Below are positions 1-6,976 of a stretch of 64,000 nt of DNA, piece by piece; positions within the stretch are counted from its first letter, which is position 1, and every line of letters begins with the position of its first letter. Made by a program: the position numbers and the translations under genes. The stretch is taken from assembly GCA_035485275.1 (NCBI GenBank), contig DATHOE010000034.1, positions 93,677 to 157,676 of the forward strand, in the 5' to 3' direction. This DNA is from a bacterium. GTDB taxonomy: Bacteria > Oederibacteriota > JAJYGY01 > DAIDJD01. Below the pieces are notes generated by a model. It was not told the origin of the DNA, made no database searches, and worked only from the letters and a program-made list of their open reading frames with translations.

Positions 1-1122
1 CCGGTGGTGCGTTCCACCACGCACGGCTCCGAGGCCTGGTCCGAGGAGGCCGACGCGGAGTTCCAGTGGAGCGTGCCGCCCGACGCCTCCAAGATCGCCG
101 GCTACTACTGGCTGGTGGACCAGGCGCCCGCGACCGTGCCCGGCCCCCCGGCCGCGGCCGGGGGCAGCCGCTACAGCACGAGCCCGGCGGCCTCGGTGAA
201 GGGCCTGGCGGACGGCGTCTGGTGGTTCCACGTGGCGGCCATGGACCGCGCCGGGAACGCGGGCGTCCAGGCCGGCCATTACTGCGTGCGTGTCACCCAC
301 GGCCCGCCGCCGCCGCCATTGAGCTCGCCCACCCATCCGCGGCCGGAGGAGGGCTACGCCAACCGCACGGCCGTGTTCCATTGGTCCACGCCCCAGTCCC
401 GCACGCCCGTCTCCGCCTGGCACTACTGCCTGGACCAGATCCCGGACACGGTGCCCGACCAGCGCGCCGCGCGCACCACCGAGCTGCGCGCGGAATTCAA
501 CGATCTGGCCGCGGGCGACTGGTGGTTCCACATCGTCAGCGTTGGTCCCGACGGCGGCCTGGGCCGCCTCGCCTCGCACTTCCCGGCGCGCGTGCGTAGC
601 GCCGGCTCCCTGCAGGGCCAGGTGACCAAGCCCAACGGCATGCTGCCCCAGGAGGGCGCGCTGCTGGAGGTCTTCCGCCAGGGGAAAAGCGTGGCCAAGA
701 CCGCCGCGGGCAAGGACGGGCGCTTCCGTTTCGACGGCCTGGATCCGGGCGAGGTCCTGGTGAAGCTGGACTTGGCGGGCCTGCCTTCGCTCCTGGTCGA
801 CGGCGTCAAGCTCGACGGCGCCTCCTCCACCCTGAACCTGAGCTGCGAATGCATGGCCTGGCCCTCGCCCACCGAAGGGGCGGCCCAGATCCGCTTCGCG
901 GTGCTGGCCAGGGAGCCGGGCAAGGTGGGCCTGAAGCTGTACACCGAGACCGGGCAGGGCCTGGGGGAGATGGAGGCCGCCGCCCCCCGCGCGGGCTACG
1001 TGAAGCTGACCTGGAACTGCTCCGAGGCCCCCGCCGGGAGCCTGCTGTGGCAGGCCACGGTGACGTCCGCGGACGGCAAAGCCGTCAAATTTCCCATCCG
1101 CAAGCTCAGGATCAGCCGCTGA
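1..1122 (+). CDS. 5'-truncated secreted/surface repeat protein (tandem repeats ending in WWFH motif, carboxypeptidase-regulatory-like beta-sandwich segment, C-terminal sorting-like domain)
   Basis: Frame of ORF 4..1122 is open to the window edge, so the N-terminus lies upstream. Two ~110-aa repeats each contain ...DGVWWFHVAAMDRAGN / ...AGDWWFHIVSVGPDGG. Segment GQVTKPNGMLPQEGALLEVF...DGRFRFDGLDPGEV resembles a CarboxypepD_reg fold. Confidence 0.55.
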   Translation, partial: PVVRSTTHGSEAWSEEADAEFQWSVPPDASKIAGYYWLVDQAPATVPGPPAAAGGSRYSTSPAASVKGLADGVWWFHVAAMDRAGNAGVQAGHYCVRVTHGPPPPPLSSPTHPRPEEGYANRTAVFHWSTPQSRTPVSAWHYCLDQIPDTVPDQRAARTTELRAEFNDLAAGDWWFHIVSVGPDGGLGRLASHFPARVRSAGSLQGQVTKPNGMLPQEGALLEVFRQGKSVAKTAAGKDGRFRFDGLDPGEVLVKLDLAGLPSLLVDGVKLDGASSTLNLSCECMAWPSPTEGAAQIRFAVLAREPGKVGLKLYTETGQGLGEMEAAAPRAGYVKLTWNCSEAPAGSLLWQATVTSADGKAVKFPIRKLRISR

Positions 1123-1151
1123 TTTGGGCATCCCAGGCGGGGCGCGATGCG

Positions 1152-1159
1152 TATATAAT
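1152..1159 (+). promoter_or_regulatory. candidate -10 element (TATATAAT) upstream of trxA
   Basis: TATAAT-containing octamer about 60 nt upstream of the trxA ATG, with GGAGGAAG ribosome-binding site just before the start; no convincing -35. Confidence 0.3.
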
Positions 1160-1219
1160 CTGCGGACGGTAAAAAGGTTCATAGGGGCCGCTTTCGTGGC
1201 CCCGCACAGCGGAGGAAGT

Positions 1220-1546
1220 ATGGGAAAGGCGATGACCATCACGCAAGCGAACTTCAAAACCGAGGTTCTTGATTCCAAGCAGCCTGTCTTGATCGATTTT
1301 TGGGCCGAGTGGTGCGGGCCCTGCCGCATGGTGGGCCCCATGGTCGAGGAACTGGCCGGGGAATACGCGGGCAAGGCCAAGGTGGGCAAGATCGACGTGG
1401 ACCACGAGCAGGACCTGGCCCAGAATTTCTCGGTGAGCTCGATCCCGACCCTGCTGGTCATCAAGGGCGGCAAGGTCGTGGGCAGCCGGGTCGGCGTCGG
1501 CAGCAAGGCCGACCTGTCCAAGATGCTGGATGAGGCTTTGCGCTGA
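1220..1546 (+). CDS. trxA: thioredoxin
   Basis: WCGPC active site within VLIDFWAEWCGPCRMVGP; 108 aa; RBS GGAGGAAG precedes ATG at 1220 (ORF 1124 upstream extension has no homology). Confidence 0.9.
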   Translation: MGKAMTITQANFKTEVLDSKQPVLIDFWAEWCGPCRMVGPMVEELAGEYAGKAKVGKIDVDHEQDLAQNFSVSSIPTLLVIKGGKVVGSRVGVGSKADLSKMLDEALR

Positions 1547-1560
1547 ACGAAGCGTCTTTT

Positions 1561-2283
1561 TTGGTGACGGGCGCCACTTCCGTGCTGGGAAGGGCGCTTT
1601 TGCGCCGGCTCTGGGCGGACCCCGCCTGGGCCGGCTTTGTTTTTTACCTGGTGGGGAGGGATGGCTCCGCGCTGGAGGCCCTGTGCCTGGAGGCCGGGGC
1701 CGCCGGACGCGGGGCCGAGGCCCTGGCGCTGGACCTGGCCGAGCCCTCCGCCGGGGAAGCCTGCGCCCGCGCCCTGGCCGCGGCCCCTCCGCTGGGAGGC
1801 TTCGTGTTCGCGGCCGGAAGCGCCCAGGACCAGGTCCTGCCGCTGATGGCCGAAGCCGCCTTTGAGCGGGTGCTCAGGGTGAACCTGGGCTTCCACGCCG
1901 GACTGCTGAAATTTTTCCGCGGACCCGGCCGCCTGGCCCCCGGCGCCCGCGGCCTGCTGGTTGGGTCCAACTCCGGCTTGCGCGGCCAAAAAGGCCAGGG
2001 CGCCTATGCCGCGGCCAAGGGAGGCCTGGTGGACCTGCTGGCCCTGGCCCCCCCCGGCCTGAGGATCAACGTGCTCCTGCCGCCCCTGATGCCCTCGCCC
2101 TTCCTGGACGCGCTCAAGCCCGCGGCCCGCGCGGAACTCTACGGGGCGCGCCTCATGGAGGACCCCGACCCGGCGGCCTCCTGCGCCGAGGCGGCGCTCT
2201 TCCTCCTGTCCGACCGCGCTTCCTACATACACCGCCAGGTCATCCACGCCGACAGCCGCGTGGGCGCCCTGGGCTGGGACTGA
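1561..2283 (+). CDS. SDR-family oxidoreductase (FabG-like ketoreductase)
   Basis: Rossmann N-terminus VTGATSVLGRAL, catalytic YxxxK in GAYAAAKGG, about 240 aa; TTG/GTG start 14 nt after trxA stop. Confidence 0.75.
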   Translation: MVTGATSVLGRALLRRLWADPAWAGFVFYLVGRDGSALEALCLEAGAAGRGAEALALDLAEPSAGEACARALAAAPPLGGFVFAAGSAQDQVLPLMAEAAFERVLRVNLGFHAGLLKFFRGPGRLAPGARGLLVGSNSGLRGQKGQGAYAAAKGGLVDLLALAPPGLRINVLLPPLMPSPFLDALKPAARAELYGARLMEDPDPAASCAEAALFLLSDRASYIHRQVIHADSRVGALGWD

Positions 2284-2289
2284 GGCGGC

Positions 2290-3408
2290 ATGCCCGTGCG
2301 CGTTTTCATCACGGCGCTGGGGCGCGTCAGCGCCCCCTTGGACGGCTCCGGGCTGGCCCCGGACCCGCGCCTGCAGGGCCGTTTGAGCGCGCGCCTGGAT
2401 GTGGAGGCCCGCCCGGGCGAACCCCGTTTGCACGCCCTGGCCCGCCTGGCGGCGGAAGCGGCCCTGGAAGGGGCTCCGGGGATCGGGCGCCTGGCCGCGG
2501 AGGAGAAGGGCGTTTTCCTGTCCTCCAGCAAAGGGGGCATGGAGATCTTCGATACGGCCCATCCGGACCCGGGCCCAGCCCTGTGGCGTTTTTTGAGCTC
2601 CAGCCCCGGCCAGGCGGTGCGCGACGCGCTGGGCTGGCGCGGCGGCGGGCGCAACAGCCCCCTGGCCTGCGCCACCGGCGCCTACGCCATCGGGCTGGCC
2701 TTTGAGGACATCCGCGCCGGGCGCCTGAGCGCGGCCCTGGCCGGCGCGGCCGAGGCCTCCTTGACCCCCTTGGTGGCGGCTTCCTTCGCCAGGCTGGGCG
2801 CGCTGTCCCCGGCGCGGGATCCGGCCGGCCTGCGCGGCCCCTTCGACCGCCGGCGTTCGGGCTTCGTGCTGGGCGAGGCCGGGGCGGCCCTGCTGCTGGA
2901 AAGCGAGGCAAGCCTGGCCCGCACGGGGCATAGGCCCCTGGCGGAGTTCAAGGGATGGGCCTGCACCTGCGACGCCTGGCACCTGACCTCGCCCCTGCCC
3001 TCGGGCCGCCAGGCCGCCCGTTGCATGCGCCTGGCCCTGGAGCGCGCGGGCCTGGCCCCCAGCGACATCGCCTACGTCAACGCCCACGGCAGCGGCACCC
3101 CGGCCGGCGACCTGGCCGAAGCCGCGGCCCTGCGCCAGGTCTTCGACGCCGCATCCGGTCCGAGGCTCAGCTCCATCAAGGGGGCCACGGGCCACACCTT
3201 GGGGGCTTCGGGCGCCCTGGAAGCCCTGGTCACGGTGCGGTCCCTGGAGCGCGGGACGCTGCCCGCGAACAGCTTTTGCCGCGACCCCATGCCCGAGCTG
3301 GCGCCCTGGCTGGCCCTGGAAGCCGAGGCCCTGCGCCCGGGCTCCGCGCTGTCCCTGAGCATGGGCTTCGGCGGGCACAATGTGGCGCTGGTCTTTTCCC
3401 GCGCCTGA
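2290..3408 (+). CDS. beta-ketoacyl-[ACP] synthase, elongating FabF/FabB-like (compact, 372 aa)
   Basis: Cys-His-His triad contexts PLACATGAYAIG, NAHGSGTPAGD, GATGHTLGASGALEA; C-terminal GFGGHNVALVF. Confidence 0.85.
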   Translation: MPVRVFITALGRVSAPLDGSGLAPDPRLQGRLSARLDVEARPGEPRLHALARLAAEAALEGAPGIGRLAAEEKGVFLSSSKGGMEIFDTAHPDPGPALWRFLSSSPGQAVRDALGWRGGGRNSPLACATGAYAIGLAFEDIRAGRLSAALAGAAEASLTPLVAASFARLGALSPARDPAGLRGPFDRRRSGFVLGEAGAALLLESEASLARTGHRPLAEFKGWACTCDAWHLTSPLPSGRQAARCMRLALERAGLAPSDIAYVNAHGSGTPAGDLAEAAALRQVFDAASGPRLSSIKGATGHTLGASGALEALVTVRSLERGTLPANSFCRDPMPELAPWLALEAEALRPGSALSLSMGFGGHNVALVFSRA

Positions 3409-3421
3409 AGCGGAGCTTGCG

Positions 3422-4588
3422 ATGTCCTGGACCGAAGAACTCGAGCTCGACCTTGAGGAGACCCAGTCCAAGGGGCTGCGCCGCAGCCTGCGCGTGTGCG
3501 CGCATCCTGAGGGCCCGCGCATCCGCCTCGATGGAAGGGAACTGGTCCAGTTCGCCAGCAACAACTACCTCGGCCTCAGCGCGCATCCCCAGGTCCTCGC
3601 CGCGGCCAAGGCGGCCCTGGACGAATACGGGGCCGGCGCCGGCGCATCGCGCCTGGTGGGCGGCGGCAGCCTGATGATCCACGCCGCGCTGGAGCGCGAA
3701 TTGGCGCGCTTCAAGGGCATGCCCTCCGCGCTCGTCTTCGCCACCGGCTCCTTGGCCAACCTCGGCCTGCTGGGGACCCTGGCCGGGCCCGAGGATGTCG
3801 TGGTCCTGGACAAGGCCTGCCACGCCACGCTCTACGACGGCGCCCGCCTGTCCGGGGCCGGGCTGGCGCGTTTTCCGCACCAGGACCTGGCCCGTTTGGA
3901 CGCCCTGCTGGCCGAAAAAAGCAAGGGGGCCCGGCGGACCATCGTGGTCGTGGAGGGCGTCTATTCCATGGACGGGGACATCGCGCCCCTGCCCGAGCTC
4001 CTGGAGCTTACGGCGCGCCACCGGGCCCTGCTGGTCGTGGACGAGGCCCATTCCACGGGGGTGCTGGGCGCTGGCGGCCACGGCATCCTGGAGCACTACG
4101 GCTTGGCCGCCCCCGAAAACCTGATCCTGAGCGGCACGCTGAGCAAAGCCCTCGGGAGCCTGGGGGGCTATGTGGCCGGGCCCCAGGTCCTGGTCGACAC
4201 CCTGGTCAACCACAGCCGCGCCTTCATCTACGCCACCGCCTTGCCGGCCTCCTGCGCCGCGGCCGCGCTGGAGGCCCTGCGCCTGATCGAGAAGGAGCCC
4301 GGGCACCTGCAGCGGCTGCGTGTCGTGCGCAAGGCCTTGGCCGAGGGTTTGACGGGCTTGGGCTGGGACTTCGGCCGTTCCCAGAGCCCCATACTCCCCA
4401 TTTTGGTGGGCAGGGCCGCGGCCGCGCTGGCCCTGGAACAAAGGCTTTTGGGGCAGGGATTTTATGTGCCGGCCATGCGGCCGCCGACCGTGCCCGCGGC
4501 CGCCTGCCGCCTGCGCCTGAGCGTGGGCGCCGCCCACGACCTGGGGCAGGTCGAGGCCTTGCTGGCCGTCCTGGGGAAAAAACCATGA
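3422..4588 (+). CDS. bioF: 8-amino-7-oxononanoate synthase-like alpha-oxoamine synthase (BioF-like)
   Basis: PLP-dependent AOS motifs NNYLGL, VDEAHSTGVLG, PLP-lysine in GTLSKALGSLGGYVAG; ATG at 3422 is residue 15 of ORF 3380; adjacent to bioD. Confidence 0.75.
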   Translation: MSWTEELELDLEETQSKGLRRSLRVCAHPEGPRIRLDGRELVQFASNNYLGLSAHPQVLAAAKAALDEYGAGAGASRLVGGGSLMIHAALERELARFKGMPSALVFATGSLANLGLLGTLAGPEDVVVLDKACHATLYDGARLSGAGLARFPHQDLARLDALLAEKSKGARRTIVVVEGVYSMDGDIAPLPELLELTARHRALLVVDEAHSTGVLGAGGHGILEHYGLAAPENLILSGTLSKALGSLGGYVAGPQVLVDTLVNHSRAFIYATALPASCAAAALEALRLIEKEPGHLQRLRVVRKALAEGLTGLGWDFGRSQSPILPILVGRAAAALALEQRLLGQGFYVPAMRPPTVPAAACRLRLSVGAAHDLGQVEALLAVLGKKP

Positions 4589-5208
4589 GCCCGGCAGCGC
4601 TGGCCTCCCTGGTCCGGGGCCCCGGTTATTTCGTCACGGGGACGGACACGGGCGTGGGCAAGACCTGGGTGGCCTGCCGTCTGGCGGAAACGGCGAGGGC
4701 GCGCGGGCTGCGTGTGGGCGTGTTGAAGCCCGCGGAGAGCGGCGGAGGCGGCGACGCGGCGGCCCTGAAAAAAGCGTCGTCCTGCCCGCTGCCCCTGGAG
4801 CTCATCCGGCCCTACGCCTTCGGCGCGGCGCTGGCCCCCTCGGCCGCGGCGGCGCTGGAGGGGAGGCGGGTCGCGCTCAAGCCCATCCTGAAGGCCTACA
4901 GGGCCGTGGAGGGCGTCTCGGATTTCACGCTGGTGGAGGGCGCGGGGGGGCTGCTGGTGCCCTACGGACCCGGTCTCGACGGCGCCTCCATTGCCAAGGC
5001 CATGGGCCTGCCCCTGCTCATCGTGGCGCGGCGGGGGCTGGGGACCATCAACCACAGCCTGCTGACTTTGGAGGCCGCGCGCGCGCGGGGCCTGAATGTG
5101 GCGGCGCTGGTGCTCAGCGCCCCGGGCCGCAAGGGCGATAGGTCCGTGGCCGGCAACGCGCGGCAGATCGCGCGTTTGGGCAAGGTGCGGGTGGTGGAAG
5201 CGGGATGA
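4585..5208 (+). CDS. bioD: dethiobiotin synthetase
   Basis: P-loop YFVTGTDTGVGKT, LKPAESG, LVEGAGG, TINH motifs; start overlaps bioF stop (ATGA). Confidence 0.85.
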   Translation: MSPAALASLVRGPGYFVTGTDTGVGKTWVACRLAETARARGLRVGVLKPAESGGGGDAAALKKASSCPLPLELIRPYAFGAALAPSAAAALEGRRVALKPILKAYRAVEGVSDFTLVEGAGGLLVPYGPGLDGASIAKAMGLPLLIVARRGLGTINHSLLTLEAARARGLNVAALVLSAPGRKGDRSVAGNARQIARLGKVRVVEAG

Positions 5209-5222
5209 ACAAAGGGACCATC

Positions 5223-5250
5223 GGCCGCCCTTAGGGGCGGCCCTTTTTAT
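5223..5250 (+). terminator. rho-independent terminator after bioD
   Basis: Perfect 8-bp inverted repeat GGCCGCCC-TTAG-GGGCGGCC followed by CTTTTTAT, between convergent bioD and uppP. Confidence 0.7.
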
Positions 5251-5266
5251 TCGCGCAGGGTCCGCT

Positions 5267-6070
5267 TCAGGACTGGAAGAAAAACCACAGCAGCGGGCTC
5301 AGGGCCAGGCGGTACCAACCGAAGGGTTTGAACGAAATCCTGGACAGCAGGCGCATGAACTGGCTGACGCTGAGCAGGGCCAGCACAAAGGCCGTGGCGA
5401 AGGCCAGGCCGAAGGCGAGAGGGAAGGCCCGCACCGCCTCGGACTTGTGGAGCTCCAGCAGGGAGGCGGCCAGGAGCACGGGCACTCCCGCCAAAAAGGA
5501 GAATTCCGCGGCCGTTTTGCGGTTCAGGCCCAGGAGCAGGGCGCCGATGATGGTGGCGCCGGAGCGCGAGACGCCCGGCCACAGCGCCAGGCACTGGAAG
5601 AGGCCCACGCCCAGAGCCTGAAGCAGGGTCACGGCGTCGACGCTGGCGCTGGTGACCACTTTCGGACGGAATTCCACGCCCAGGATGGCGGCCCCGCCCA
5701 GGGCCAGGCCGGCCACGGAGGGCAGCGGCCCCAGCATCTGGCTGTAGAAGTATTTTTTGAAGAGCAGGCCGCAGACCAGCACCGGGACGGTGACCAGGGC
5801 CATCAGCTGCCAGGCCCGCGCGCCCTGGAAGCCCGTCCCCTGGTCCAGGCCGGTGCGGCCGGGGCGGAAGAGGGCCTCGAAACGGTTCCAGTACAGGAAC
5901 AGCACGGCCAGGGCCGGCGCGCCCTGCAGGGCCACCCCGAAACTCCGGGTTAGCTCCGGATTGTCCTTGAGCAGGCTCCCCAGGATGATGATATGGGCGT
6001 TGGCGCTCACCGGAAGGAATTCCGTGACGCCTTCAGTGAGTCCGAACAAGAGTGCGTGGAGGATGTTCAT
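5267..6070 (-). CDS. uppP: undecaprenyl-diphosphatase (BacA/UppP)
   Basis: MNILHALLFGLTEGVTEFLPVSANAHIIILGSLL and polytopic membrane profile; ATG at 6070 (residue 37 of ORF 5267..6178; upstream extension non-homologous). Confidence 0.85.
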   Translation of the reverse strand: MNILHALLFGLTEGVTEFLPVSANAHIIILGSLLKDNPELTRSFGVALQGAPALAVLFLYWNRFEALFRPGRTGLDQGTGFQGARAWQLMALVTVPVLVCGLLFKKYFYSQMLGPLPSVAGLALGGAAILGVEFRPKVVTSASVDAVTLLQALGVGLFQCLALWPGVSRSGATIIGALLLGLNRKTAAEFSFLAGVPVLLAASLLELHKSEAVRAFPLAFGLAFATAFVLALLSVSQFMRLLSRISFKPFGWYRLALSPLLWFFFQS

Positions 6071-6226
6071 GCCGCGGCTCCAGGGGAGGTAATAATCGAA
6101 GGAGCTTACACGGAGCCGCCCTGGGAAGGAAAGCCAAACCGGGGTAAATTTCCCCAGGGGGCCGGGCCGCTTAGGCAAGTTTTTTTGTATAAAAGGCTTG
6201 GTTTAAAAGGCCATATTTTTTTAGTT

Positions 6227-6260
6227 TGTGCATTTATTCACAAGGCAATCTGTGTATAAT
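6227..6260 (+). promoter_or_regulatory. candidate act operon promoter: CRP/FNR-family-like palindrome TGTGC-N6-TCACA (6227..6242) plus -10 TATAAT (6255..6260)
   Basis: Read directly: tgtgcatttattcaca matches CRP consensus TGTGA-N6-TCACA with one mismatch; TATAAT 12 nt downstream; sits in the most AT-rich stretch of the window, about 105 nt upstream of actA ATG. Confidence 0.45.
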
Positions 6261-6365
6261 CGTTGGGTTTTCAGGAATCATCGGCCCGGGCCATGAAGGT
6301 CCGGACCAGGAACGGCGTCCCGCTGTCCAAAGCCGGGACGAACTTCGCACTTAGGCAGACCGCAC

Positions 6366-6965
6366 ATGCCTGTGAATAGCCCGCGCCTGACGGCGTTTTT
6401 GATGATCCTCATCTTGGCCGCCCTGTGCCTGTTCCTCACCCCCTTTGTCCAGACCCCGGGGCGTAACAACGGCTACTCACCCCAACAGCCCATAGCTTTT
6501 TCGCACCGCCTGCACGCGGGAATGCTGCAGATCAACTGCCAGTACTGCCACTTCACGGCCGAACGCGGCCCCCACGCCGGTTTCCCGGCCGTGGCCACCT
6601 GCCTGAACTGCCACCGTTTCGTCAAGGGAAGCACCCCCTTCAACCAGGGCGAGATCCAGAAGCTCTACAAGTACGCGGGCCTGGACGCCGACGGGAACCC
6701 CGATCCCAAAGGCAATCCGCAGCCCATCCCCTGGGTCAAGATCCACGTGCTCCCGGCCTTTGTGCGTTTCGACCACAGCCGCCACATCACCCAGGGCGTG
6801 ACCTGCCAGACCTGCCACGGGCCCATCCAGACCATGGACCAGGTGACCCAATATTCGTCGCTGGCGATGGGCTTCTGCGTCAATTGCCACAGGGACGTCG
6901 ACGCCAACGGCCTGCACGGCAAGAAGGTACACGCGTCCCTCGACTGCGCGGTCTGCCACTACTAG
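6366..6965 (+). CDS. actA: Alternative Complex III subunit ActA (membrane-anchored pentaheme cytochrome c)
   Basis: N-terminal TM helix; five CxxCH motifs (CQYCH, CLNCH, CQTCH, CVNCH, CAVCH); first gene of act cluster. Confidence 0.85.
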   Translation: MPVNSPRLTAFLMILILAALCLFLTPFVQTPGRNNGYSPQQPIAFSHRLHAGMLQINCQYCHFTAERGPHAGFPAVATCLNCHRFVKGSTPFNQGEIQKLYKYAGLDADGNPDPKGNPQPIPWVKIHVLPAFVRFDHSRHITQGVTCQTCHGPIQTMDQVTQYSSLAMGFCVNCHRDVDANGLHGKKVHASLDCAVCHY

Positions 6966-6976
6966 AGACTCCAACC

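Noticed and set aside
3230-4537. 435-aa minus-strand ORF antisense to bioF
   Set aside because: Low-complexity Gly/Ala/Arg-rich translation; the sense strand has clear AOS motifs.
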